IMG/VR virus record: IMGVR_UViG_3300035670_000009
Location: 139,911 to 203,910 of that record
DNA from: a virus
Lineage: Duplodnaviria; Caudoviricetes
Reading direction: 5' to 3' (one strand)
Length of the DNA stretch: 64,000 nt
Part shown: positions 9,020 to 18,688 of the stretch, piece after piece
How the letters are laid out: each line of letters begins with the position of its first letter
Numbering within the stretch: position 1 is the stretch's first letter
Notes under the pieces: generated by a model
Seen by the model: the letters and a program-made list of their open reading frames with translations, nothing else
The model's database searches: none
What the model was told of the DNA's origin: nothing
Made by a program: the position numbers and the translations under genes

Positions 9020-10330
9020 CTAGAAGCGCCAGAAATCGTCCTCTTCTTCCGGCGACGGCGCGGGTAGTCGTTCTTCAGTCTCGGTAATAACAGATTCGCT
9101 GACCTCGGTTGCCAAGTCGGCTGGCAGGGCGTCGCTTGTTTCAACACCCAGCGCCGCAACAGTCCACACGAATGAGCTTTCAGCGTCTGCTGGCACGGCG
9201 GCAATGTAATCGTAATCAGGCCCCCATTCGCCCGGTTTTTCGTAAAGCACGGCGTAATCACCCGGCTCGACCCGCAGAGATTCTGTCCAGCGACCGTTTA
9301 CGCGTGTCGTGGTTCCAGCGACGGCCAAATTGCGGCTAGGCAGCGCCGGGTAAGCGGCGTCAAAAACATCTTTCGGAAAAATGTAAACGTTTGCGCCCAC
9401 CACGCTGTAGCCGGTCGCATCCCGGTAGGCCAGGTTGTCGACACCGCCGTAATTGTGATCGACCAGCACGGAACCGCAGCCCAAAATCGGCAAGGTCGGG
9501 CCAGGCCGTTCAGCTGGTTCGCCGCCTATTTCTATCGCATAAATAGCGTTGGTCAGCGGCACGAGGCCCATTTCGACGTCGTAAATCAACGGTACGCCCC
9601 GGATGGCGGCGGCTACCTTGATGGAGTGAATGATCCAGCGCTCATCGCTTGCGCCATTCACCCAGATGTCATTGGTGTTCAGGGTCGGAAAACCGATGAC
9701 GCGCGCGCGGGTCATGTGGTCTTTGCGGGTCGTGCCCAGGGCGTTGGTGTCCTGGTCCTCGGTGATCGTGTACGGCGCCACGTCCCAGCACTGCAGCGGC
9801 AGGGCCGGGTGGTAGCCCACTTCAAAACCTGTGCCCGAGCAGACCGGGCAGTTGGAGTCTAAAACTTCGCCGGTGAGCTGGTCGCGGCAGCGGGTGCAGG
9901 GCCGTCCAAATCGGAAGGGCTTGATCAGGAAGCCGGAAACAGAGACGTACTTGTGACGAAGCTGCTCCTTGCGGATGATTTCGCGGGCAATGTTCCAATC
10001 TCGCTCGGCCAGCTCGCCGAAACAAGAAACAGGCTGGCTGACATAGATATCTTTCGGCGTAGTTAGCGTCACGCGGTAATGCGTTACCAGGTCGCTACCG
10101 GCAGCGCGCCAGACGTCGTCGTAGGCGACGTACCCGTCTGTGACCGGGCCGCCGACGTTGCGCCAGTCCGCCGCGTCGTTTAACGGGGTGTTGCCATACT
10201 GGAGCTGAAAGACGTACGGACCGGGGTCGTTAAAGGTCCGCTCTAGCTGCCACCAGACCCGGGTGACGCCGCGGACCATGTGATCCACGGCCACCTGGCG
10301 GAACGGAAATAAGCGTTTAAAACTGGACAT
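9020..10330 (-). CDS. Probable head-closure/neck protein with Zn-binding insert
   Basis: 436 aa with PCTRCRD..NCPVCSGTGFEVGY four-Cys motif and acidic C-terminus. Located between adaptor and tail terminator. Confidence 0.5.
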   Translation of the reverse strand: MSSFKRLFPFRQVAVDHMVRGVTRVWWQLERTFNDPGPYVFQLQYGNTPLNDAADWRNVGGPVTDGYVAYDDVWRAAGSDLVTHYRVTLTTPKDIYVSQPVSCFGELAERDWNIAREIIRKEQLRHKYVSVSGFLIKPFRFGRPCTRCRDQLTGEVLDSNCPVCSGTGFEVGYHPALPLQCWDVAPYTITEDQDTNALGTTRKDHMTRARVIGFPTLNTNDIWVNGASDERWIIHSIKVAAAIRGVPLIYDVEMGLVPLTNAIYAIEIGGEPAERPGPTLPILGCGSVLVDHNYGGVDNLAYRDATGYSVVGANVYIFPKDVFDAAYPALPSRNLAVAGTTTRVNGRWTESLRVEPGDYAVLYEKPGEWGPDYDYIAAVPADAESSFVWTVAALGVETSDALPADLATEVSESVITETEERLPAPSPEEEDDFWRF

Positions 10331-10363
10331 AGACGTTATTGTAGCTGGCCGCGCTGATAGCTA

Positions 10364-10400
10364 AGAAAAACGCTGCGCCCGCCCCGAAGGGCGGCGCGCG
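10364..10400 (-). terminator. Intrinsic terminator
   Basis: Minus strand GCGCCGCCC-TTCG-GGGCGGGCGC then AGCGTTTTTCTT. GC stem with a UUCG tetraloop and U-tract, downstream of 10421..10705. Confidence 0.65.
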
Positions 10401-10420
10401 AACGCTTTTCTGAATCACGA

Positions 10421-10705
10421 TCACTCGTCTTTCGTCTCGGCCAGCCGTTGTCGGACTATTCCGGGCCAGTCGATACTTTGAACGCAGTCCTTGAACACGT
10501 TTTTCAGGAACGTCGGCGCAACCAGCAAGAACGGGGCGTTCAAGCTCATGAACGCCGCGCGGATCGCGACGCCAATTTTCTCAGCGTCGCCTGCGTCGCC
10601 GTGGTTTTCCGTTACCTCGCGGAGCGTTGGGCCCTCTTCTTGGTCCATCTCGCGAATCCAATTAAGAATTATGGTGCTCAGCTCATTCAGCTCTGCGGTG
10701 CTCAT
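10421..10705 (-). CDS. Hypothetical protein, paralogue of 10705..10989
   Basis: 94 aa. Shares (I/L)RE(M/L)D, IG.A, PF..(V/L)AP and (I/V)DW blocks with its neighbour. Confidence 0.7.
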   Translation of the reverse strand: MSTAELNELSTIILNWIREMDQEEGPTLREVTENHGDAGDAEKIGVAIRAAFMSLNAPFLLVAPTFLKNVFKDCVQSIDWPGIVRQRLAETKDE

Positions 10706-10989
10706 TAGTTCAGCTCCGGACGAACGAGAAGGTTGTCGATGACATAAGTCCAGTCGACTTTAGCCATAAAGTTGTTGAGCAGCGCCACCGTCGGGGGCGG
10801 GGCCAATGCGACAAACGGGACGTAGGCGACACGAATTGCGTTGGCCAGCGCCTCTCCTATGCTCGCCACGTCGTCTTCTTTGGCGCGCGCCACTGCCTTT
10901 TCCACAAGTGCGCCGCCCGTTCGCTTGTCGAGCTCACGCAAGCTCCGCAACGCGAGCAGCGTTTCTTTGTTAGCCACTGCCAGTGGCAT
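10705..10989 (-). CDS. Hypothetical protein, paralogue of 10421..10705
   Basis: 94 aa with a strong SD (GAGGAGG) and stop/start overlap with the downstream paralogue. Confidence 0.7.
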   Translation of the reverse strand: MPLAVANKETLLALRSLRELDKRTGGALVEKAVARAKEDDVASIGEALANAIRVAYVPFVALAPPPTVALLNNFMAKVDWTYVIDNLLVRPELN

Positions 10990-11176
10990 GACGTAGCCTC
11001 CTCAGCGGGCTACTGGGTAGCGCCCAGCGCGCAGCGGCTTTCCGATACAGCCGCCAATAGATATCTATTCCGCGCGTTTCACACGGTAGCGTGATACTAC
11101 CGCGCCGAAACACCGCAGGGAATGCGCTCCGGTGCAAAACCCTGGGCAATTAATATGCCCGCGTTTCCGGACTTTT

Positions 11177-12190
11177 TTAGTAGCGCATCCGGGCGCCGCT
11201 GGTGTAAGCCGAATACTTGTAAGTGCTAGTAACTTCGCCGTAGCAACTCTCGAGATTAATCGCGGCCTTTGTGACCCGGACCCAATCTCGATAGGCCTGC
11301 CAGCGGGCCTGTCCGGCCTGGTCATACGCCTGGGACTTGTTTTGATCGTTGATCTGAAGCCCGGCGGCGGCGTACTGGAAATCGTTGCGGCGGAACTGCT
11401 CGGCGACCATGAAAAACAAGTTGGCGCAGATCCCCTCGAGCCAGTGGTATCGAAATGGGAAACTTTGGGTCGTGTACGTATCAATCGGCGGTGGCGTCTC
11501 GTTCCAGTACATAACTGGGCGCGAGACGGCCAGCGCGATTTCGGCGTCGTCAAACATCAGATTATCGAGCAGGTAGCTTTCGCCGGGCGAGCTGTCGCGA
11601 AGATGAAGCCGAATCTCAGAAATTGACGGCGGGCCGCCTTCCTGTCCTTGGGGGCCGAAGGTGCCGCGGTTGATGACCACCGAGAAGGTGTTTGAGAAAA
11701 CAACGCAAGGCTGCCCGGCTGCTTCGGCCTGGACGCTCACCAGGGCCATCTCGCCGTAATAGACGCCAGGCAGGTCGGTCATGCCTTTAGTCAGCTCAGC
11801 TCGCACGCGCCCTTCTGACGCGTCGACAACGGCTGCCTCGACCTCCAGCGGCGGCCGTTGGTTGCCCAGGCTAAGTTGCTCCTTGAGGCGCAGGACGACT
11901 CTGAAATCGGCGTCTGCGACGCTCTGAGAACCGTCTGTAAGGCCACAAGGCTCCAGGTTTACCGGATGGCCGTGCTGGTCGTGCAGCTGCCAGTCGAGAA
12001 ATCCGCACTGCCCTTGCGTAAAGTTTACGGCGCGCATCCGGCCGTAGACCGGCGCGCCATTTACCGTAGAAACCGGCGCGCTGATGACGTTCTGTGTGGC
12101 GCAAGGTACTGGATTTAACTGGCCGTTAGACAGTTGTGGTTCTGGATACGGAACTTGTGGATACGGATTGGGCGTGGCGACGACAACCAT
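11177..12190 (-). CDS. Probable head-tail adaptor with N-terminal Ig-like domain
   Basis: Start reassigned to ATG 12190 (SD GGAG). C-terminal helical adaptor-like segment (ISEIRLHLRDS..FDDAEIALAV..WNETPP..RNDFQY). Follows the capsid genes. Confidence 0.55.
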   Translation of the reverse strand: MVVVATPNPYPQVPYPEPQLSNGQLNPVPCATQNVISAPVSTVNGAPVYGRMRAVNFTQGQCGFLDWQLHDQHGHPVNLEPCGLTDGSQSVADADFRVVLRLKEQLSLGNQRPPLEVEAAVVDASEGRVRAELTKGMTDLPGVYYGEMALVSVQAEAAGQPCVVFSNTFSVVINRGTFGPQGQEGGPPSISEIRLHLRDSSPGESYLLDNLMFDDAEIALAVSRPVMYWNETPPPIDTYTTQSFPFRYHWLEGICANLFFMVAEQFRRNDFQYAAAGLQINDQNKSQAYDQAGQARWQAYRDWVRVTKAAINLESCYGEVTSTYKYSAYTSGARMRY

Positions 12191-12194
12191 TGGT

Positions 12195-12299
12195 TTACTC
12201 CATAAAACAGTGGATAACCCACAAACCGGGCGCGCCCAGCGCGACCTCGGGCCATAGGACAAACGCAGTCGCAAGGAGCATTACAAAAAAACGACGCAT
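12195..12299 (-). CDS. Possible 34-aa hydrophobic peptide
   Basis: MRRFFVMLLATAFVLWPEVALGAPGLWVIHCFME. SD GAGGA 7 nt upstream. Its stop abuts the SD of the adaptor gene. Confidence 0.35.
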   Translation of the reverse strand: MRRFFVMLLATAFVLWPEVALGAPGLWVIHCFME

Positions 12300-12378
12300 C
12301 GTGCGGTCCTCATAGCGAAGAAGGCTGGCCGCATGCGCAGCCAGCCTTCTCTTACGCGTGACGATCGGTTTGCGCGAC

Positions 12379-12744
12379 TCAGTCGTCGTTGTCGACCCAG
12401 TCGCTCGTGCCGGTACCGGTCGGATCCCACTGGGGGTCGACCGTGCCGAGCACAAGGCCGTCGAGTGCAAGCTCGCGAGTCACCTCAGCCTCAGCGCTGT
12501 AGAGATACGTAGCTGGCGAGCTGACGATCTTCAGATCGCCCGCCTGCAGCGCGGTCTCGAGCGCCTTGAACTTCCGCTGGCTCCTCTGTCCGCCCAGCTT
12601 GCTGACGAGGTCGCCCGGAACCGTATAGGTCTCGTTCGCCTCGAGTCGCTTGCCGTGCGTACCGAGGAAGCCGAACACCTTGGCGGCGCCAGAAGTGTTC
12701 TCAACCGTCGTATACAGGCCAGTAGTCACAGGGGTGTAGGGCAT
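12379..12744 (-). CDS. Hypothetical virion protein
   Basis: 121-aa ORF in the head operon with host-like high-GC codon usage. Confidence 0.7.
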   Translation of the reverse strand: MPYTPVTTGLYTTVENTSGAAKVFGFLGTHGKRLEANETYTVPGDLVSKLGGQRSQRKFKALETALQAGDLKIVSSPATYLYSAEAEVTRELALDGLVLGTVDPQWDPTGTGTSDWVDNDD

Positions 12745-12762
12745 GATTCACTCTCTTTCTGT

Positions 12763-13161
12763 TCACTCGGCGTTCTGCATCGCCGCGGCGGCAGCAGCCT
12801 GCAGCGTGAGAATCGCGTTGGCGATCTCAGGCTGGCCGACCACCACATCCGCAGCCCCGTTAAACGCCGCCGACTTCTCGGTCGCCGCAGCGTCCGCACC
12901 GCCCATGCCAGCAGCAGCAAGCATGGCATCCAGCTCCTGGTTCACAGCGACCAGGCCCGAAGCGCTCGCCGCGGCGGCCTTCTCCTGCTCAGCCGTGTAG
13001 AGCACATGAAGCTTCTGCGCAGCCGACCACATGTCGGCGGCTTCCTGCTCAGACCGCGGCGCGATGCCGTGAGCAGACAGCTTCTCAAAGAAATACGGCG
13101 CAGCAAGCTCCGACACAATCGTGTTGTAGGCCTGCTCGGCCGCGACTTTTACATCATCCAT
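12763..13161 (-). CDS. Ala-rich head protein with K-x-A motifs
   Basis: 132 aa immediately after the major capsid gene. Contains KVA, EKAAA and EKSAA. SD AAGGAG. Confidence 0.7.
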   Translation of the reverse strand: MDDVKVAAEQAYNTIVSELAAPYFFEKLSAHGIAPRSEQEAADMWSAAQKLHVLYTAEQEKAAAASASGLVAVNQELDAMLAAAGMGGADAAATEKSAAFNGAADVVVGQPEIANAILTLQAAAAAAMQNAE

Positions 13162-13188
13162 GAGTAGTGCTCTCCTTGTTTTGATCCG

Positions 13189-13220
13189 GGGCAGCGGGCG
13201 TTTTTAAGCGCCCGCTGCCC
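13189..13220 (-). terminator. 12-bp hairpin after the major capsid gene
   Basis: GGGCAGCGGGCG-N8-CGCCCGCTGCCC perfect inverted repeat with no U-tract. Likely an mRNA-stabilising stem or weak terminator. Confidence 0.5.
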
Positions 13221-13241
13221 GAAGATCGCTATATCACGGCA

Positions 13242-14168
13242 TCACTTGAAATCGACGCGAGCGAGACCGTTCGTGTGACCGAACGAGCCGCCCTGCGTGT
13301 TGTAGGCGAAGTACTCGAGCATGTACGCCTCACGACGGATGTACATCGTGGTGGGCTCCAGCTCGTAATTCTTGCCAATGAACTTGGGCGACGCGAACAT
13401 GAACATCGAGTCGTCCGGCACAAGGTCGCGCTTGATCGTGACGATCCAGCGGCAGTTGAGGAAGTTGGTCTCCGCCCAACCGTTCTTGATGATGTCCTGC
13501 GAGAAATCACCGCCCATCTCGTCGCGGCCGAACTTCAGCAGCTCTTTGATGGTGATGTTGTTCACCAGGCAGGTCTCGACCTCGAAGTGCGAGGGCGTCC
13601 GCGGCATAACCTTCAGCGCGTCGACAATCGTCTCACGCGTGATGCCGCCGTGGATTTCCTCGTACTGCACGACACCGGACGCAACGTTCGCCACGCCCGG
13701 GGTCGGGAGGACGGCGTTGAACGCGGCGATGAACTTGGAATCCTCTTCCGCCAGCATGTCCTTGATCATGTTGTCGGAAAGGACCTGACGGATGTCGATC
13801 ACGTAGGTACGCAGCTCGTCGACGTCCTTCACAGCGCGGGGCGACACGATCCGGTCAAACATGACGCGGTATCGCGGGCCACGGATGTAGAAGTTGATCG
13901 GGAGCGTCGCGAACGGGAGCGACACAGCCGCCGGGGAGTCGGGTTCCTTGTCGACCACCTTGACGGGCTTGTCAGTGTCAACCTGACGGTCAAGCTCGTC
14001 GTTGGTGATGGTCAGCGGCGGCATAATCCGCCGGTAGAACCCGTCTTCACGCATCTTGGTGCGCGTGAAGTCGTTAACAGCGTCAACGGCCTGCTTCTGC
14101 ATGCCGGGGGTGTCAAGCTGCTCGAAGAGCGTCTCGTTGAGCAGCTGGATTTCTTGCGGAGTGGGCAT
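13242..14168 (-). CDS. Major capsid protein (HK97 fold, encapsulin-like size)
   Basis: 308 aa, strongly GC3-biased. TRTKMREDGFYRRIMPP and IKDMLAEEDSKFI segments. Position after protease, scaffold and cement genes. N-terminal KQA motif at residues 25-27. Confidence 0.8.
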   Translation of the reverse strand: MPTPQEIQLLNETLFEQLDTPGMQKQAVDAVNDFTRTKMREDGFYRRIMPPLTITNDELDRQVDTDKPVKVVDKEPDSPAAVSLPFATLPINFYIRGPRYRVMFDRIVSPRAVKDVDELRTYVIDIRQVLSDNMIKDMLAEEDSKFIAAFNAVLPTPGVANVASGVVQYEEIHGGITRETIVDALKVMPRTPSHFEVETCLVNNITIKELLKFGRDEMGGDFSQDIIKNGWAETNFLNCRWIVTIKRDLVPDDSMFMFASPKFIGKNYELEPTTMYIRREAYMLEYFAYNTQGGSFGHTNGLARVDFK

Positions 14169-14208
14169 TTAAGGAACCTCCATGTTCCGGGTGTAACTAG
14201 GGATGGAC

Positions 14209-14757
14209 TCAGGCGGCCTCGCCCGGGAGCCACACGGTCCAGAAGGACAGTGCGAAGACCCCGTTGTGGTTTTTGGCCTTACCGGACGACACGACACCGA
14301 CCACCGGCGTCACAAACTGCTCGACCGACTCGTTGGTGATCCGACCACCGGTCGTGGCGTCGGAATTCGAAGCCACCGCGGTGAGAAGATCGCCGGGAGT
14401 GTAAGTGCGAGACGAGTCGAACTCCGTCGACGCGATCTCATAACCACCCGTCGCCACAAGGCCGGACATCTTGCCGGTCGGGGCGATGGCCCGGTGCATG
14501 AAATTGCCAGACGCCGTGGTGCCGGGGTTACTGACGTCCGCTTCGGCCGAGCCGTTGAGCAGAAAGACCGCAACGCCGGTGTTGTGCGCACCCGGCCGGA
14601 AATTGCCGTCCGTATCAACGTGAACCACGCGACCGCGCGGGACGTCGAAAGAAACGACCGAAGCGAGCTTGGCGTCGTAGTCAAGGGCGGCCATCTGGAA
14701 CCAGCCCTTTTTGACGTCGAGCCCCTTCTCAGTGATCAGATTGGGAGCAGTTGCCAT
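14209..14757 (-). CDS. Probable capsid cement/decoration protein
   Basis: 182 aa beta-rich protein (PRGRVVHV..YTPGDLLTA..PVVGVV) directly upstream of the major capsid gene. Confidence 0.6.
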   Translation of the reverse strand: MATAPNLITEKGLDVKKGWFQMAALDYDAKLASVVSFDVPRGRVVHVDTDGNFRPGAHNTGVAVFLLNGSAEADVSNPGTTASGNFMHRAIAPTGKMSGLVATGGYEIASTEFDSSRTYTPGDLLTAVASNSDATTGGRITNESVEQFVTPVVGVVSSGKAKNHNGVFALSFWTVWLPGEAA

Positions 14758-14805
14758 GTTAAGACCTCCATGTCTTTTTGGTGAAAATCACAGATCCATG
14801 TGAAA

Positions 14806-15231
14806 TCAGGCAGTGGGCGGGTTCAGACCAAGACCCTGGAACAACTTGATGTCCGAGGCCTTGAGCTTGCCGTCACGAGCGCCCACATACCCGCTCGTCA
14901 GGCTGTTCGACGGGTCGTAACCGGCGGTTTTGGTAGCCACCGGCGTGCCCAGGCGTGCCATCTCGGCAGCGTTTTTGTGCGCTGCGAGCTTGATCACGAG
15001 TTCCATGGCGCGCACCGGATTAGCGAGAGCCGCTGCAAGGGCCTCTTTCTGGTGCGGCTCGACCCGTTCGTTTTCGAGACAGGCCTTCACAGCTTCAGGG
15101 ATCAGGCGCGCCAGCTTCTCGTTCTGCTCTTCGCGCTCCTTGATCACCGCGGCGGCCTTGGTCATCGCCGCATCGGAAAAACCGATGTAGTCGACGATGT
15201 TTTGGACCAGCGGGTTATTGCAGTTGGACAT
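14806..15231 (-). CDS. Helical head/scaffold-associated protein
   Basis: 141 aa, coiled-coil-like, with HKNAA and TKTAG motifs. In the head operon. Confidence 0.65.
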   Translation of the reverse strand: MSNCNNPLVQNIVDYIGFSDAAMTKAAAVIKEREEQNEKLARLIPEAVKACLENERVEPHQKEALAAALANPVRAMELVIKLAAHKNAAEMARLGTPVATKTAGYDPSNSLTSGYVGARDGKLKASDIKLFQGLGLNPPTA

Positions 15232-15252
15232 GGTTTCAAACCTCCGTGTGAT

Positions 15253-16542
15253 TTACCGGTTGACGAGTTCCAGAACGTGCTGCTTCATGATGTCGCGCAG
15301 CTGACGCGACCGCTTGGTGCGTGCTTCCTTGACCTGGAACTTGCCGCTCCGCTTGAAGTTGATCACGGCCGCGCCGATCGCGTTCAGGTCGTTCACTGAA
15401 GCCATCTTGGGCGCCATCTCGGCGCCAGCCTCGGGGCCAGCGGGCGGCATGTCGCCTGCGCCGCCACCGCCCTGCAGGGCACCAATCAGAGCCTCGGGCG
15501 GAATGCCCAGCTCTTCAAGCGCCATGGCCAGCTCCTGAACCGCCTCGTCTTCTGACGGGGCGCCAGCGCCCTCGGCACCCATCGGCATTGCACCGGCGTC
15601 TTCGCCGCCCATCATGCCCTCGAGACCGGCGGATTCAGCGCCCATCTCTCCGGCCGGGCTTGCGCCGGACTCGTCGTCACCGGGAGCCGAGTGATCCTCG
15701 CCTTCCGCAGCCTCATCGCCCATGTCCGCAGCCGCGGCCTTTGAAGCGAGGAAGCCAATGAACAGGTCCGCCATCTCGTCGGCCTCGCGGAGCGTGTTTG
15801 CCGCAACTTCGCGCACGGACGCTTCAGCCGCCTCTTTGCTCATGCCGAGCGCCGCGGCCAGCTCGTAACCAGCTTTGAAAGCGGCTTCCTTGCCCTCGCG
15901 AAGAGCTGCGAGATCAGAACCCTCGATCTTGCCGTCGTTGTCAACGTCAAGTTTGTGCTGATCACCCTTCAGCTCCCCCTTCGGCGCGTCCTTCTTCTTT
16001 TCCTTGAGGAAGGCAGGCATCTCGGCGGACTTCTCTGCGCTGGCGTTGAGCAGCGTCGCGAGAATGTCGTTACCAAGCGCCGCGGCTCGGGTCATCGCTT
16101 CTTTGAAAGAAACCGACGAATACTTTTCGCCGTCGTTTGCCTTCGCGGGGTGCGAGGTGCCCGGGTCGTCCTTGTCGCCCTTGTAGTCGTGCTCGGCGGC
16201 CGGATCTTCGCCAGTGGCGGCAACGTTTGTGCCGATGTTCTGCTGGACTTCGTCCTGACGGCCCTCATAGGGAAGCTCGGGAGTGTTGTCCACTGCGAGC
16301 GCGCCCTGCTGCTTCTTGATGTCGGCTTCGTATTCCGACGCGCGCGAACCAGTCTCCGCCTTCTGCACGTTGTTGTCGACGTGCGCGGTGGGGTGCGTAG
16401 ACGCGCCCATGTAAGTGCCGGGGTCCGCCGGGGTGGGGCCGCCCTCCGCCTTTTTCTCGGCGGCTGTTTTCACAGCAGTGTGTGAAATCTCTTCGGCCAG
16501 GGCGTTAAGCTGCGCGAAAAGCGATCGTTGCATCCGTGCCAT
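15253..16542 (-). CDS. Probable scaffolding protein
   Basis: Acidic, Ala/Gly-rich, low complexity, with many K-x-A motifs. Lies between protease and capsid genes. Start reassigned to ATG 16542 (SD AAGGAG). Confidence 0.6.
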   Translation of the reverse strand: MARMQRSLFAQLNALAEEISHTAVKTAAEKKAEGGPTPADPGTYMGASTHPTAHVDNNVQKAETGSRASEYEADIKKQQGALAVDNTPELPYEGRQDEVQQNIGTNVAATGEDPAAEHDYKGDKDDPGTSHPAKANDGEKYSSVSFKEAMTRAAALGNDILATLLNASAEKSAEMPAFLKEKKKDAPKGELKGDQHKLDVDNDGKIEGSDLAALREGKEAAFKAGYELAAALGMSKEAAEASVREVAANTLREADEMADLFIGFLASKAAAADMGDEAAEGEDHSAPGDDESGASPAGEMGAESAGLEGMMGGEDAGAMPMGAEGAGAPSEDEAVQELAMALEELGIPPEALIGALQGGGGAGDMPPAGPEAGAEMAPKMASVNDLNAIGAAVINFKRSGKFQVKEARTKRSRQLRDIMKQHVLELVNR

Positions 16543-16587
16543 GTTCTTCTCCTTTAGGCTCCACACGCTCTAACGCGCGGACTCCAT

Positions 16588-18045
16588 TCAAGTGATGTAA
16601 TTTTGCAGAACACAATGGTTTGCTGTCAACCAGCAATTTCCATATTTCTCGCTGAGGGTCGCGTAAGCCGCAATCTTATAGAAAGCGTACTGCCGCGCAA
16701 GTGCCGAAGCCGCGGGTTTATTATCGCCCGCCTCCTTGGCAAGAGCTGCAACCTGCACGTCGCGAAGCGCGCTATGGTAAGCGCGCTTTTCCACGGCTTG
16801 CGGTCGTACACTGTGCGTCATAGCTACCTTTTCAGCCCAGACCTGGACAGGCATTGCCGCGGCCGGAGCCGGAAGAAATGCGTTGTTTTCAAGCTCGCCC
16901 GCGGTGTCCGGGTCGTTTGCAAGTTTACTGAAAATGCTATCTAGCGCGCTAGTCACAGCGCGCACCAGGTTATCGCTCGCGGCTTTTACAGTAAGCGTTA
17001 AGAAATCGCGGACGGGGAGCACCACTCCCGCATCGGCTAGCGCGCGCAGGACCTGCCCGAATTTCACGTTCTCGCAAGGCGCAAAGTCGACCGGCGGCTG
17101 CGCGTTAGCCGTCGACGCCAGCGCAACTTGTGTCCAGGCGCGGGGGTCGTGGATTACCGCGCGCTCGGCCGCGGCCAGTTTTTCAAGTGCCGCGAGTTGG
17201 CTTTGCAGCTGCAGGCTGGTGGCAACACGATCGAAACCCAGCGGCGCTGTAACGCCCAGCTGTTCGGCCAACTCGGCCCCTGAGAGCACACCAGCGCTGG
17301 CTGCCTTTTGCAGAGTGCCAGAGATGTAGGCAATGCGATCAGCGGGGCGGAAAACGTGGCTGATGTCGAAGAACGTCGGATCGGGGTTGTCGGCGTGAAG
17401 GATGTGGCCGTCAGCGAGAACCCGCCCCAGGTTGTGTTTCAGCCCGCCCGCCTTGCACATGCCGCCATTCTCGACAGAGTCGCAATACTCTGCGCGCGTG
17501 CGAGCTTTGTTTCCGCAGCCAGAGCAAACGTCGAAAGGAATCTTGCAGGCCATCGAAACACCGATATCGTCGCCGCGAGCCAATTTCTCCGTTTCTTTGT
17601 CGGCGAGCAGGCCGCCGTTGCGCTCGGCAGCCTCCTTGCTGGCATTTAGCGCGCAGATCAGCTCGATCCGGTGCATTGGCTCGTTGTAGGCAGCGAGCTT
17701 CACAACGCCGTAGCTTTTGGCCGGGTTCTTGTTGAGATGGTCGCGGTAGAAACGCGCAAACTTCTCGAACGTGTGGTGGTGCTTGCGGCAGCAGTCGCGA
17801 GTGAAACCGTCGGCATTGCGGTTTGGGCCGTAATCTTCGGTGGCGCCGATCGCGATCATGTGGACCGGGATCTCGTCCGCCGCGAACTTGATGCGGCTGA
17901 GGCGCTCGGCGAAATCCACGCCCGCGCGTTTCACAAAAGCGTCCTTGTCGGCTCCCAGTAGGCCGCGGCTGGAAATTTTAATTAGCGACGCTACCGGCTC
18001 GCTGAAATCCTGCGAGTTCGGCTGGATGATCTTGATCATGCTCAT
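16588..18045 (-). CDS. Prohead (maturation) protease, HK97/assemblin-like, with Zn-finger
   Basis: NRNADGF..FYRDHLN..SYGVV..IGVSMACKIPFDVCSGCGN..EYC pattern gives candidate catalytic His and Ser. C-terminal half carries multiple K-x-A motifs. Position upstream of the scaffold. Confidence 0.7.
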   Translation of the reverse strand: MSMIKIIQPNSQDFSEPVASLIKISSRGLLGADKDAFVKRAGVDFAERLSRIKFAADEIPVHMIAIGATEDYGPNRNADGFTRDCCRKHHHTFEKFARFYRDHLNKNPAKSYGVVKLAAYNEPMHRIELICALNASKEAAERNGGLLADKETEKLARGDDIGVSMACKIPFDVCSGCGNKARTRAEYCDSVENGGMCKAGGLKHNLGRVLADGHILHADNPDPTFFDISHVFRPADRIAYISGTLQKAASAGVLSGAELAEQLGVTAPLGFDRVATSLQLQSQLAALEKLAAAERAVIHDPRAWTQVALASTANAQPPVDFAPCENVKFGQVLRALADAGVVLPVRDFLTLTVKAASDNLVRAVTSALDSIFSKLANDPDTAGELENNAFLPAPAAAMPVQVWAEKVAMTHSVRPQAVEKRAYHSALRDVQVAALAKEAGDNKPAASALARQYAFYKIAAYATLSEKYGNCWLTANHCVLQNYIT

Positions 18046-18054
18046 AGGAGTGCC

Positions 18055-18681
18055 CTAGTTGTTGCCGCGGTTCAAGAGCGAATACATCAAAAGGGCGCCA
18101 GCAGCTGGAATGCCGAGCTTTCCCGCTCGCGGAAGTTTGCTGAAATTTTTGGCCAGTTCGCCGCTCCCTCGGAGCGTACTTTTGATGTAGGGCGCGGCAG
18201 CTGGTACTGCCTTGCCAGCCTGCAACGCGCCGCGCACCGCCGCGCGATTAATCTGTTTGGCCGCGATCGGCGCATAGCCTGCAGCGGCAGCGGCACCAGC
18301 AGCGCCCAGGCCGACGCCGACGCCCTTGGCTACTGGGCTGAGTTTGCTTTTTACCGGCGCCTGAAGACTCTTTGGAGGCGGCGCAGTCGCGTCGCCAAGC
18401 ATTTTTGCGCCGAGCGTCAAACCACCTGCGCCCAAACCGCCAAGCAGCGCGTAGTGAAGCGCTTTCCGTTTTTTGTCTTCGCCGCCGGTTGCAAGGCCGA
18501 GCAGCCCGCCTGCGCCAGCGCCTAGCAACGCATTACGCAGCGCAGGATTTTCCAGCGCTCCCGAAAGATGCGACTGGATGTCGCCCATATTCAGCGCCGC
18601 CTTCACCATTGGATCTGGCTCGCCGTACACCGCTTGGTGCGCCAGGTTTTCGGCAAGGGCTTGAAGTGTGGTGTCTTCCAT
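18055..18681 (-). CDS. Gly/Ala-rich putative internal head (ejected) protein
   Basis: MVKAA motif followed by glycine-zipper hydrophobic stretches (LLGAGAGGLLGLATGG; ALLGGLGAGGLTLG). Confidence 0.65.
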   Translation of the reverse strand: MEDTTLQALAENLAHQAVYGEPDPMVKAALNMGDIQSHLSGALENPALRNALLGAGAGGLLGLATGGEDKKRKALHYALLGGLGAGGLTLGAKMLGDATAPPPKSLQAPVKSKLSPVAKGVGVGLGAAGAAAAAGYAPIAAKQINRAAVRGALQAGKAVPAAAPYIKSTLRGSGELAKNFSKLPRAGKLGIPAAGALLMYSLLNRGNN

Positions 18682-18688
18682 GACTTCC

